From assembly GCA_947366545.1 (NCBI GenBank), contig CANBAL010000001.1:122504-186503 (forward strand): a stretch of DNA of 64,000 nt, written 5' to 3'. Positions 36,801 through 47,363 of the stretch are shown here, piece by piece (the stretch's first letter is position 1; every line of letters begins with the position of its first letter). The notes under the pieces are model-generated. The model searched no databases and had not been told where the DNA came from. It saw only the letters and a list, made by a program, of their open reading frames with translations. Position numbers and translations under genes: made by a program. Origin of the DNA: an uncultured Clostridia bacterium (GTDB taxonomy: Bacteria > Bacillota > Clostridia > Christensenellales > UBA1242).

Positions 36801-37834
36801 CATTGGATGGCACACTGATACCAGCCATCAAAGCTCATTACATTTTGCAGGCAAATGGCATGTCAGAAGCAGACACCACCGATCAAGGTAAACAAAGAAA
36901 AGCAATGGAAGTACAACAACAAGTGGAAAATTATGAGTCCACTCAAAAAACGATGAGCCGCTTGACCGAAGAAGAACTAGAAAAAATCAATGCAAAAAAT
37001 CCTGAATCTTTTAGCGATTTGAAAAAGGCAGTAGAAGACGTTGTTGGGCAAGAAAAACGCGATAATGTGGATGGTAAAACAATCGCCGATGCAGTCAAAG
37101 AAGGACTTGTAAAAGACCAAAAAGACATAAAGCTTGGTATTGATAAACAAGCCGAACAAGAACTGCTTACCATCGAAAGTAAGGTTGGAAAGGATCAGAC
37201 AAAGGTGCTGACAGATACAGCAGTACAAGCACTTAAAAAGCAAAATAACATCACAGACACACAAGAAATTGGCAAAATCCAAGAACTAAAACAAGGAAAA
37301 AGTGTTGAGGATGATATAACGGCAAAAGAGAGTAGATCAAGTAAGAGTTTCCATAAACAAGAAGAAAAACATGATTCTCGAACAGAGCTACGCAAAGAAG
37401 GAATTGAGAAACTAGTTGAAATCATGGCAATGCCTGATGACACTGGCAAAGAAAGAATCACCGCATTGTCTGAATATATAAAGAGTTTCCCTGTCGGAGA
37501 GGCAACTCCTTTTGATGCCCCTGATTTTACTGCAAAAGGTTTTAATCTTGAAAAATGGGTTGAAAAGACTGTAGAACAAGTGAAAAGTGAACAAGAATTA
37601 GACGACAAGGATATAGCTGAAATGGTGGCTAATATGGCAGGTTTTAAACGCGTGACAAGCCACACCACTAGCGCAAAAACAATTGCTAAAAATGCAGCAA
37701 CCTTTACTGAGGCTACAAAAGAAAAAGCCGCTGAAACTAAAGAAGAGCCGGCAAAACTCGCCGAAGAAGAGGTCAAGTCTGACAAATCTAGAAATCCATT
37801 TAAACTTAAAGGACCTGCGGAAAGAGAAGATTAA
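33845..37834 (+). CDS. Very large orphan protein (1329 aa) with a central hydrophobic hairpin
   Basis: GGAGG SD. A beta-rich N-terminal ~380 aa is followed by an acidic linker. Two back-to-back hydrophobic helices follow (VNMMLAGMVLMLVGLLLGP-ALAAVFACVGVAVTAGGGWLAV). The remaining ~830 aa are charged and helical. There is no N-terminal signal peptide. Confidence 0.8.
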   Translation: MAESTVENKITIKEGEGQTKLVQKFTMTSAEKKPLMTFSVNGKQIGSITSKFLLTLKSEVVKALPPEIKKALAFGEDDNLLKIEPIKDGVCPIEIDAKNNELKVHIKAKDGSKIYECRINATGVYLNYDGNESSYTPNEVDGKPQAIDVTMSTKCFERMLDKDNPQIKLAGVSKTENITPKQVPAFMLGTYLEATKQEAETAGENNISEDFSSFTLSLPNKVGTSAYHFVKNEKNGQVYAFHSGSLKPIHSFAIFTTRDEDGNVKSPYLKMNVGTKTKPVYAYIDLPKSEGENAVDPKFLDAVAQIKEYFGDSVTFPAAESGKSVIGKDSKGNEIYAEWASSDDERKFETKVKGKTFTFSVEPTTLESGDTAHSVKEGDELSPAAKVNEKTSAVMDESSEEKDTPTPVKKEDPVATEKSGKERLQEETPFASTPMKSVDMSKVKSKISPDWGVNMMLAGMVLMLVGLLLGPALAAVFACVGVAVTAGGGWLAVNADRLANPYLKIEQYIIDPLKKKERASEKEREAHWEKTKELSAASANAEMTKGNLLDTKENLDAKFWNEIFGKDYEDFISDGNLLKRKAFLEELQLINNASGDEKAKMIDAFKIRYGLSEDGLNNLLGEEKAEAREKALAAMRKLNQEQEDVHKKQMDMIENAKQLNEFTFKKICEDMKSLSPEARKEAMEQNKYAIAMHLMSQNHLSQAATEQILAVLPEDCHEALTGAITEIAKMSTQVDAITLNAANRTKDHQKTRDYAETMKEIDAKNSSDFGSPTKVGEAALSYIVANSTDDMQIHKEIEAWTFGHTDFAKTITDSIITVDTSDTTPNSLGGLLKEQRELLTTKIGLRTLGEAVLTDGLKAEVVTPLDNSADSLEALHSRSVEKEKVDMLYALRHLPTVEDNVDIEAEFNEIDSKIEKAIAESINLDELEKRVNNIPSAAKASVAPEVLDSFMKSDNLKMFSEKQRKQLALLYSADIPELGTFMAAMALDGTLIPAIKAHYILQANGMSEADTTDQGKQRKAMEVQQQVENYESTQKTMSRLTEEELEKINAKNPESFSDLKKAVEDVVGQEKRDNVDGKTIADAVKEGLVKDQKDIKLGIDKQAEQELLTIESKVGKDQTKVLTDTAVQALKKQNNITDTQEIGKIQELKQGKSVEDDITAKESRSSKSFHKQEEKHDSRTELRKEGIEKLVEIMAMPDDTGKERITALSEYIKSFPVGEATPFDAPDFTAKGFNLEKWVEKTVEQVKSEQELDDKDIAEMVANMAGFKRVTSHTTSAKTIAKNAATFTEATKEKAAETKEEPAKLAEEEVKSDKSRNPFKLKGPAERED

Positions 37835-37846
37835 AAGGAATATAAT

Positions 37847-38935
37847 ATGAAAATAGGAGTAGTGGGATTGCCTAATGTTGGGAAAAGCACCCTCTTTAAT
37901 GCAATTACCGAAGCGGGAGCAGAGAGTGCAAATTACCCTTTCTGCACTATCGAGCCAAATGTAGGAATTGTGGATGTCCCAGACCCTCGTTTGGAAATTT
38001 TAGGCAAGTTATACAATACGCAAAAAATTACACCTGCATCCATAGAATTTGTGGACATCGCAGGTTTAGTTGCTGGTGCAAGTCACGGAGAAGGCTTAGG
38101 AAATAAATTCCTAAGCCATATTCGTGAAGTAGACGCTATCGTACATGTGGTACGATGCTTTGACAATCCAAACATCATCCATGTAAGTGGTAGCGTAGAC
38201 CCTATCCGCGATATTGAGATTATCAATCTTGAACTCGTACTTGCAGATCTTGAATCCGTCACAAAAAAATATGAAAAAGACGGAAAACTTATCAAAACTG
38301 GTGATAAAAGCCTTATTGCAGGAGTAAACATACTTGGCAGAATTAAGGAAGGACTTGAAAACAACCAACTTGTTCGCACTATGGACTTTGATGAGGAAGA
38401 GTGGGAATACATAAAATCACTTCAACTTTTGACGGCAAAACCTGTAATATATGTTGCAAACATCGGTGAAAACGACATTGCAAGTGGCAATGATTACGAA
38501 AGAAAAGTAAAAGAATATGCCCTAAAAGAAAATGCAAAAATTATTTCACTTTGTGCAGAAATTGAAGAGGAACTCACTTCCCTATCCCCTGATGAGCGTC
38601 AACTTTTTAAAGAAGAACTCGGCATCAAGGAAAGCGGTCTTGAAAAACTTGTTTCCACAAGTTATGATATGCTTGGACTTATGAGTTACCTCACTGCTGG
38701 CGAAAAAGAGGTTCGTGCATGGACAATCAAAAAAGGTACAAAAGCACCACAAGCCGCAGGTAAGATACACAGCGACTTTGAAAAAGGCTTTATTAAAGCC
38801 GAAATTGTGTCCTATGACGACCTTATAGAAGCCGGCAGTTTCGTGAAGGCTAAAGAAAAAGGTAAAGTGCGAATTGAAGGAAAAGAATATGTCCTTCAAG
38901 ATGGCGATGTCGTACTTTTCCGTTTTAATGTGTAG
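37847..38935 (+). CDS. ychF: Ribosome-binding ATPase YchF
   Basis: 362 aa with [16 protein letters not shown], a TGS domain and a C-terminal [11 protein letters not shown]. Confidence 0.95.
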   Translation: MKIGVVGLPNVGKSTLFNAITEAGAESANYPFCTIEPNVGIVDVPDPRLEILGKLYNTQKITPASIEFVDIAGLVAGASHGEGLGNKFLSHIREVDAIVHVVRCFDNPNIIHVSGSVDPIRDIEIINLELVLADLESVTKKYEKDGKLIKTGDKSLIAGVNILGRIKEGLENNQLVRTMDFDEEEWEYIKSLQLLTAKPVIYVANIGENDIASGNDYERKVKEYALKENAKIISLCAEIEEELTSLSPDERQLFKEELGIKESGLEKLVSTSYDMLGLMSYLTAGEKEVRAWTIKKGTKAPQAAGKIHSDFEKGFIKAEIVSYDDLIEAGSFVKAKEKGKVRIEGKEYVLQDGDVVLFRFNV

Positions 38936-38941
38936 GTAAAT

Positions 38942-39331
38942 ATGAAAAAACAGGAACTATTAAACAAACTTTTGTCCTCCAACCTACTTTCGCTTGCATT
39001 TATAGGTGACAGCGTGCATACTGAGTTTGTACGAGAACAGGTGCTTGCTTCTCATGACGGAAAGATGAACAATTATCACTCACAAGCATCTAAATACTGT
39101 AAAGCCGAGCATCAGTCCAAGGTTATGGAGGGCATTATGCATATTCTTACTCAAGAAGAACTCGATATAGTTAAAAGGGCAAGGAATGCAAAGCCAAAAC
39201 ATCATGCCAAAAATGCTAGTAATGCAGATTATACTTATGCTACTATGTTTGAAGCACTTGTGGGATATCTTTATTTAAGTGACAATACAAAACGACTTGA
39301 AGAGATACTTACACTATCAATAAGTAATTAA
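38942..39331 (+). CDS. mrnC: Mini-ribonuclease 3 (Mini-III)
   Basis: 129 aa with LAFIGDSVHTEFVR and A..FEAL.GYLYL. Conserved mrnC-rlmB-sigH order. Confidence 0.85.
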   Translation: MKKQELLNKLLSSNLLSLAFIGDSVHTEFVREQVLASHDGKMNNYHSQASKYCKAEHQSKVMEGIMHILTQEELDIVKRARNAKPKHHAKNASNADYTYATMFEALVGYLYLSDNTKRLEEILTLSISN

Positions 39332-39342
39332 AAGGAAGCAGT

Positions 39343-40077
39343 ATGTTAATAGAAGGTAAAAATGCCGTAAGAGAGGCCTTGAATAACGGTATAACCATAA
39401 ATAAACTTATGGCGGACAAAAATTTGGAACATCGCAGAGATGAAATAATCAACCTCGCATATCAAAACAAGGTAAAAGTAGAATTCGTACCTAAGTTTAT
39501 TCTTGATAAGAAAAGTCAAACCCAGCATCACCAAGGCTACATAGCAGAAGCGGTGGATTTCAAATATGCAGAAGTAGAAGACATATTAAAAAAGGCAGAG
39601 GACAAAAATGAAATGCCATTTATTGTTCTTCTTGATGGAATTGAAGACCCACACAATTTTGGTGCAATTATTCGTTCCTGTGAATGTGCCGGTGTGCACG
39701 GAATTATCATCCCTAAAAACCGTGCCTGCCAAGTGAATGAAACTGTAATTCGCACAAGCACAGGTGCAATCTCAAATATGCTTATAGCCAAAGTGACAAA
39801 TCTTAAAGAAGCGATTGACACACTGAAGGAAAACAATGTTTGGGTTTTTGTTGCAGAAACTGGCGGCGAAAATATATATAATAAAAATTTAAACCTGCCT
39901 ATCGCAGTTATAGTAGGTAGTGAAGGAAATGGCGTAAAACAATCCATTCGCACCTATTGTGATGGCATTATTACCCTGCCACTTAAAGGGAATGTTAATT
40001 CACTTAACGCAAGTGTAGCATGCGGAGTTGTAATTTTTGAAATACTTAGACAACGAGAAAATGACAAAAAGGAGTAG
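39343..40077 (+). CDS. rlmB: 23S rRNA (guanosine-2'-O)-methyltransferase RlmB (SpoU/TrmH family)
   Basis: 244 aa with DGIEDPHNFGAIIRS, VVGSEGNGV and SLNASVA motifs. Confidence 0.88.
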   Translation: MLIEGKNAVREALNNGITINKLMADKNLEHRRDEIINLAYQNKVKVEFVPKFILDKKSQTQHHQGYIAEAVDFKYAEVEDILKKAEDKNEMPFIVLLDGIEDPHNFGAIIRSCECAGVHGIIIPKNRACQVNETVIRTSTGAISNMLIAKVTNLKEAIDTLKENNVWVFVAETGGENIYNKNLNLPIAVIVGSEGNGVKQSIRTYCDGIITLPLKGNVNSLNASVACGVVIFEILRQRENDKKE

Positions 40078-40080
40078 CAC

Positions 40081-40668
40081 ATGACAGATGAAATTCTTGC
40101 GCTTAAAGCCAAAGATGGTGATGAAGAAGCAATGAATGAACTTTTGACCAAATACAAAAGCACCGTGAATATGCTTGCAAGAAGTTATTTTCTTGTTGGT
40201 GGTGACATGGAAGATATTGTACAAGAAGGAATGATTGGTTTGTATAAAGCAATCCTAAGTTTTAGCAAAGAAAAAGCCTCCTTTAAAACTTTTGCGACTA
40301 TTTGTATAAAACATCAAATTCAAACCGCAATTAGAAAAGCTAGTTCCCAAAAAAATATGTTGCTTTCCTCCGCCCTTCCCATATATGAACTTGAGGATAA
40401 CGAAGATGATGCCGATAAAAGTGAAATAATCTTACCTTCGCAATTACCCTCCCCTGATGACACAATTCTTGCCAACGAAAATATGACGGAACTGAAGAAA
40501 AAGATAAAACAATCTCTTTCCACAATGGAAATAAAAATACTTGCTCTTTATCTAAAGGGATATAGTTATAACGAAATCTCCGACATTGGAGGCTACAGCA
40601 AAAAAAGTATTGACAATGCTTTATCTAGAATTAAAAACAAACTCACTTTCTTAAAGAAAGCAGAATAA
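40081..40668 (+). CDS. sigH: Sigma-70 family factor, SigH-like
   Basis: 195 aa. Region 2 reads DIVQEGMIGLYKAI..F.. and region 4 has an HTH (YSYNEISDIGGYSKKSIDNALSRIK). Its position after rlmB matches Bacillus. Confidence 0.8.
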   Translation: MTDEILALKAKDGDEEAMNELLTKYKSTVNMLARSYFLVGGDMEDIVQEGMIGLYKAILSFSKEKASFKTFATICIKHQIQTAIRKASSQKNMLLSSALPIYELEDNEDDADKSEIILPSQLPSPDDTILANENMTELKKKIKQSLSTMEIKILALYLKGYSYNEISDIGGYSKKSIDNALSRIKNKLTFLKKAE

Positions 40669-40677
40669 GGAGATATT

Positions 40678-42666
40678 ATGAATTTTGAAAGACCAAGACC
40701 AAACTTCCCTAAAAAAGCAGTAATCACTGGCGGAATGCCTTACGGCAATAAATCCCTCCATTTTGGTCATCTTGCGCTTATGGTAAGGGCGGACACTTTC
40801 GCCCGCTTTATGCGTGATAGAATCGGAAAAGAAAATGTCATTTTTGTTTCTGGAACAGACTGCTATGGCTCCCCTGCCGTGGAATCTTTCCGTAAGCTTA
40901 AAGCAAGTGGAGAAATTACTGACAATACTATTGCCGATTTTGTTACTAGAAACCATAACGACCAAGAGGGCACCTTTAAACAATATAATGTTGCTTTCAA
41001 TTATTTTGGTGCATCCGCTATCGGCGAAAGTAAAGATATTCATGAAAAGGAAAGTCAAACCTTTATAAACAACCTTTATAAAGCGGGAAAACTTTCAAAA
41101 CAGGCGTCTTGGCAATTCTATGACGAGAAATGTGGACAATTTTTAAATGGCAGACAGGTTATCGGCAAATGCCCTATTGACGGCTGCCAAAGTGAAAAGG
41201 GGTATGCTGACGAATGTGACTTTGGTCATCAATATCTTCCACAAGACCTTATTGACCCAGTCAGCACATTAAGTGGTGAAAAACCAGTACTAAAAAAGGT
41301 AGAAAACTGGTATTTTAACTTAGAGGACTGCCTTGACATTTTAAATGAATGGATTGATGACCTTTCCAAGAAAAGCGACTCTGCTCAATTTATGATTAAG
41401 GAAATCAAGGAATTCTTTAAAAAGCCAGAAATCTATGTAAAACGCGAATATGAAAACAAAATTAAGGAGTTAAACCTTCCTAAATATGAAATTATGGGCA
41501 AAGAGACCGCACCAAGTTTCACTATGGTGTTTGATAAACTTACTGACCGTGAAAATGCCTGCGAAATTCTTTCCGCAAACGGCGTGCGCTATAGAACTGG
41601 AAAAACACTAACTCCATTCCGCCTTACCGGTGATCTTGAATGGGGTGTACCTTGTCCTATCCTTGATAATCTTTCTGGGCGAACCTTCTATGTATGGCCA
41701 GAAAGCCTTTGGGCACCTATATCTTTCTGCAAAACCTACCTTAAAAAGATAGGTGCAAACGAAGATGAATGGAAAAAATATTGGTGCTGCCGTGACGCGG
41801 AAGTCTACCAGTTTATTGGCGAAGACAATATGTATTTCTACGGCCCAGCGCAGCAGGCCATCTGGCTCTCCTGCCAAGGCAAAAACGCGATTTACCCAGC
41901 ACCAGAAGGGGCGCTTCAAACAACCAAAATTGTGCCTATTAAATCGCTTCTTTATATGAACTCAAAAGCAAGTTCTTCTGGCAAAATGAAACCACCTACT
42001 GCAAGGGAACTACTTAATCACTACACCCCTGACCAATTCCGTATGCATGTGCTTGGTATGAACCTTGGAAATAACAATATCAGTTTCTCTCCAAAATGCT
42101 TTGACCCAGACGCTGATAATGATACCCTTGACCCAGTCCTTAAAGAAGGCAACCTTCTTACAAATGTATACAATCGAATTCTTAGAACGGTGTTCTACTC
42201 ACTTCAAAAAGAATTTGACGGAAAACTTCCACACTGCGAAATCAGTGAAGATATAAAGTCTCAGTGCAAGAAAACAATACTTGACTATGAACGCTTTATG
42301 TATGATAAAAAGTTCCATCAAGTAATAAATGTGCTGGATGTGTTTGTAAGAAATATTAATAAATACTGGGTAAAGGAAGTAAACACTGCTGACACTCTTG
42401 AAAAGAAAGCAAACCTAATTGCAAATACCTGCGAAATGATTAAGGTGGCAAATATTCTCCTTCATCCTATCGCACCTGTTGGTACAGAAAAGGTACGCGA
42501 GTATATGGCATTGAATGAAAATCTTTACAACTGGGATTATATTTTTGAAGATATATATTTCTTTATTTCAAACCCAGAAAATCATAAATTTACTCAGCTA
42601 AAAGAAAAAGAAGATTTCTTTAAAAAACATCAATCACAGCTTGACGCACTGGCAACAAACAATTAA
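40678..42666 (+). CDS. metG: Methionine--tRNA ligase (divergent; non-canonical KMSKS region)
   Basis: PYGNKSLHFGHL (HIGH), GTDCYGSP and a Zn knuckle (CPIDGC...ECDFGH) are present. The KMSKS position reads SKASSSGKMKPP. It has a MetRS-like anticodon domain (INKYW). Confidence 0.75.
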   Translation: MNFERPRPNFPKKAVITGGMPYGNKSLHFGHLALMVRADTFARFMRDRIGKENVIFVSGTDCYGSPAVESFRKLKASGEITDNTIADFVTRNHNDQEGTFKQYNVAFNYFGASAIGESKDIHEKESQTFINNLYKAGKLSKQASWQFYDEKCGQFLNGRQVIGKCPIDGCQSEKGYADECDFGHQYLPQDLIDPVSTLSGEKPVLKKVENWYFNLEDCLDILNEWIDDLSKKSDSAQFMIKEIKEFFKKPEIYVKREYENKIKELNLPKYEIMGKETAPSFTMVFDKLTDRENACEILSANGVRYRTGKTLTPFRLTGDLEWGVPCPILDNLSGRTFYVWPESLWAPISFCKTYLKKIGANEDEWKKYWCCRDAEVYQFIGEDNMYFYGPAQQAIWLSCQGKNAIYPAPEGALQTTKIVPIKSLLYMNSKASSSGKMKPPTARELLNHYTPDQFRMHVLGMNLGNNNISFSPKCFDPDADNDTLDPVLKEGNLLTNVYNRILRTVFYSLQKEFDGKLPHCEISEDIKSQCKKTILDYERFMYDKKFHQVINVLDVFVRNINKYWVKEVNTADTLEKKANLIANTCEMIKVANILLHPIAPVGTEKVREYMALNENLYNWDYIFEDIYFFISNPENHKFTQLKEKEDFFKKHQSQLDALATNN

Positions 42667-42671
42667 CAATT

Positions 42672-42699
42672 AAAAAGATAGTAAAACCTATCTTTTTTA
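42672..42699 (+). terminator. Rho-independent terminator
   Basis: Stem AGATAG/CTATCT followed by a T6 run. Confidence 0.7.
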
Positions 42700-42735
42700 T
42701 TTTGATATTTTATGAATTTAGGTTAAAATATAATT

Positions 42736-43404
42736 ATGTTATTACTTATAACCTTTTTTTGCATGTTAGGTGTAACCTTAATACTAGGTGGACTTTATGT
42801 GGCGTTTAATCCCTCCACAAGCATTTTGCATTTCACATTTAAAACACTTGCACCTACCGCCTGTCTATTTCTCGCTTTAATAAGTGCAAATCTCGCATCT
42901 TCATTCGGTGGCTACACCTTGTTCATCACCCTTGCCCTTGCCGTTATAATCGCCCTAGAAGCCTTTAAATGTGTAAACTCGCAAGCAACCCTTGGCAGCA
43001 CACTCTTTCTTGGAATAAGCAATGCTGTTTCACTTCTTTTGCTGGCTATAGCAGGGATTGTAATTGCTCCATTCAATATCTTTGGACTTTTGATGGGTTT
43101 ACTTCTCGGGCTTGGAATTTCCTGCATCGTACTTTTATTCAAAAAACTTACCCCTCCTCAAATAATCATGTTAATTATAAACTTAGCTATGGCGGGCTTG
43201 CTACTTGGACAAGCAGTTGTACTACTCATCTCTCAAATAAGTCTTGGCACTGCAATAATTTACCTTCTCTCTGCCGCATTAACACTGTTTGAGCTTGTGT
43301 TCACCTCATTCCTCAAGCCTAACAAGGTTATGCCATATATTGCCCGTACAGCACGAATTTTGGCCATTATCGGCTTTGCAATGTCCATTTATGTCATGAT
43401 TTAA
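42736..43404 (+). CDS. Polytopic integral membrane protein (222 aa, about 7 TM)
   Basis: Uniformly hydrophobic with about seven helices. The family is not confidently recognised. Confidence 0.65.
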   Translation: MLLLITFFCMLGVTLILGGLYVAFNPSTSILHFTFKTLAPTACLFLALISANLASSFGGYTLFITLALAVIIALEAFKCVNSQATLGSTLFLGISNAVSLLLLAIAGIVIAPFNIFGLLMGLLLGLGISCIVLLFKKLTPPQIIMLIINLAMAGLLLGQAVVLLISQISLGTAIIYLLSAALTLFELVFTSFLKPNKVMPYIARTARILAIIGFAMSIYVMI

Positions 43405-43535
43405 AAAAAGAGTGAATTATCACTCTTTTTTATTTTATTTAACTTCTTGAAGCGTTGCCATAACTGCTAGTGACAGCGCGTTTTCGCTTGGTGGCAAAAG
43501 TCAAAAAACAGACGGATATGTCGTATATATTTTGA

Positions 43536-43569
43536 ATAAAAAATTCAGGCCTTAAAGCCTGAATTTTTG
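43536..43569 (-). terminator. Terminator downstream of tRNA-fMet
   Basis: Stem ATTCAGGC/GCCTGAAT with a T-run on the minus strand. Confidence 0.7.
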
Positions 43570-43571
43570 CT

Positions 43572-43648
43572 TGGTTGCGGGGGTTGGATTTGAACCAACG
43601 ACCTTCGGGTTATGAGCCCGACGAGCTTCCGAGCTGCTCTACCCCGCG
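43572..43648 (-). tRNA. Initiator tRNA-fMet (anticodon CAT), CCA encoded
   Basis: The reverse complement reads CGCGGGGTAGAGCAGCTCGGAAGCTCGTCGGGCTCATAACCCGAAGGTCGTTGGTTCAAATCCAACCCCCGCAACCA. It has a C1xA72 mismatch and three G-C pairs closing the anticodon stem, and is near-identical to E. coli tRNA-fMet. Confidence 0.95.
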
Positions 43649-43663
43649 TCATCATGCTTTAAT

Positions 43664-43692
43664 AGTATATGCTGTAAAATCTTAAATGTCAA
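43664..43692 (-). promoter_or_regulatory. Promoter of tRNA-fMet
   Basis: On the minus strand: TTGACA (43692-43687), 17 nt, TATACT (43669-43664). It lies about 15 nt upstream of the mature 5' end. Confidence 0.65.
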
Positions 43693-43761
43693 GACAAAAA
43701 CAAAAGTTTTTCAAAAATTTTTATTTGTTTAAATCCACCTATTTTAGCCAAAAATACTGGT

Positions 43762-44334
43762 ATGAAAGCGATTAAAAATATTTTACTCTACCTTAGTGCC
43801 TTTGTACCCATGTATTTTCTTATATTTGTCAAGGTGCTAATTGATATAATAAATGACAATATGTCTTGGAATGTGCTTAATACAATGAATTTAATTACTC
43901 TCCTACTTTTGATTATACTTGGTATATTGGGGCTTTACTGGAACATTCATTTAAACAAAGAGCCTCCCAAAGAAATTGTTATACTAAAAAAACAAAACAT
44001 CACCGACAAGCATTTTTTAGGCTACTTTTCATTATTTGTGTTTTTTGCTATTCCCCTCGACCTTAACTATATAAGTGGTTACGCCATGTATGTGCTTATA
44101 ATCATCATGATAGGAATAGTATATATTAATAACTCCCTTTATTATATCAACCCTCTTTTAAACCTTTTAGGCTACAACTTCTATGATATTACCTATCAAG
44201 AGCGAGGCTCAACACAAGCAAAAAATGCAAAGTTTTTCTACAAAGGTACACTGGAGATTGAAGACAAAACCTACTGGGTTAAACTAAAAAATACAAATTT
44301 TTCCTTTATTGATAAAAGAAAAAAGAAGGATTAA
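43762..44334 (+). CDS. Four-TM membrane protein with a basic C-terminal tail (190 aa)
   Basis: Four hydrophobic helices and a soluble ~60-aa C-terminus ending KRKKKD. There is no clear SD, so the start is uncertain. Confidence 0.55.
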   Translation: MKAIKNILLYLSAFVPMYFLIFVKVLIDIINDNMSWNVLNTMNLITLLLLIILGILGLYWNIHLNKEPPKEIVILKKQNITDKHFLGYFSLFVFFAIPLDLNYISGYAMYVLIIIMIGIVYINNSLYYINPLLNLLGYNFYDITYQERGSTQAKNAKFFYKGTLEIEDKTYWVKLKNTNFSFIDKRKKKD

Positions 44335-44957
44335 TCCTTCTTCTTTTTCACTGTTTTTGCTTTTACTTCTTTTTTCTCGTTGCTGTCAATACTCTTTCTA
44401 AATACCACAAACGTTTGCCACAAGAATTCTAATATGAAATTAATTATCATACAAGTCACAAGCCCGATTATAAATGCAAAGTCACCACCTATACTTGTCT
44501 TTAAAGCATTTTCTATTGTAGCAATATACCAAACTTGGAATGGATAGAAAGGAACATAGAATAGGAAGGCGAGAAGCATTGCAATTGGTACATTGTTTGC
44601 GGATTTGAAAGTAAATTTCCTATTAAATGTGAAATTCCAAATCACAGAAAGGGCAAGCCCCACCGTGTCCGCAATAAAAGTTGAGGTGGCTTGCTCAGTG
44701 ATAAAAAATATTGTAGAATCCGCAGGAATTATATAATCAAGCAGCACAAGCTTCAACAACAGCGAAGAAATAATTTGTATTGCACCAGCAGATAATGAGA
44801 AAAGTACAAATTTTACCGCTCTCCAAATTTCTTTCTTTTTCTTGCTACTTTCCTTATTTTCTGGGGCTTGTAGCGTTTGTAAATTATCATTTTCATTCAC
44901 TTTTGCAGGAATGTTGTTTTTCTCTTGATTTTCCATAGTTTCCGGCTGTTTTTTCAT
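44331..44957 (-). CDS. GtrA-family membrane protein
   Basis: 208 aa with a GGGGAG SD, four TM helices and the FNRKFTFKS motif typical of GtrA-like proteins. It overlaps the convergent gene by 4 nt. Confidence 0.7.
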   Translation of the reverse strand: MKKQPETMENQEKNNIPAKVNENDNLQTLQAPENKESSKKKKEIWRAVKFVLFSLSAGAIQIISSLLLKLVLLDYIIPADSTIFFITEQATSTFIADTVGLALSVIWNFTFNRKFTFKSANNVPIAMLLAFLFYVPFYPFQVWYIATIENALKTSIGGDFAFIIGLVTCMIINFILEFLWQTFVVFRKSIDSNEKKEVKAKTVKKKKD

Positions 44958-45080
44958 ATTTCTCCCCTTTTTTCAGGACTATACTAACATACACAAGGAA
45001 AACTTGTCAACAAATTACAAAAGAAGGTTTAAAAATACTTGTTTTTTTCTATATTATATTATATAATATTATATATATAA

Positions 45081-47051
<1,971 letters not shown>

Positions 47052-47059
47052 GAGAGAAT

Positions 47060-47353
47060 ATGAAAGTAGTAACCATGTGCGGTAGCATGCGTTTTGAAAA
47101 GGAAATGATTAAAATAGCCGCCGAACTTGAAACAAAGAAAAATTACTGCGTTATTCAATGCGTATATGGGCTTAAAAATATCACCGAGGAAGAGAAAAAA
47201 CAAATTGGTGTTATACATTATAAAAAAATTGATATTTCAGATGCAATTTATGTAGTCAACATTAGCGGCCATATAGGCGAAAGTACAAAACAAGAAATTG
47301 GATATGCCAAAGCCCACAATAAAGAAATTATTTATCACGAAAGTATAAAATAA
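47060..47353 (+). CDS. Small hypothetical protein (97 aa), possibly with a nucleoside 2-deoxyribosyltransferase-like fold
   Basis: AGGAGAG SD. The pattern CGSMRF...[21 protein letters not shown] reminds me of small NDT-like/Rossmann proteins; this assignment is tentative. Confidence 0.5.
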   Translation: MKVVTMCGSMRFEKEMIKIAAELETKKNYCVIQCVYGLKNITEEEKKQIGVIHYKKIDISDAIYVVNISGHIGESTKQEIGYAKAHNKEIIYHESIK

Positions 47354-47363
47354 GGAGATAAAA

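Noticed and set aside
43440-43500. A GC-richer ~55-nt patch (CTTGAAGCGTTGCCATAACTGCTAGTGACAGCGCGTTTTCGCTTGGTGGCAA) in the AT-rich spacer downstream of tRNA-fMet, considered as a small RNA or gene fragment.
   Set aside because: Only short, weak pairings are possible. There are no promoter or terminator signals of its own, and I recognise no RNA family. It is noted but cannot be supported.
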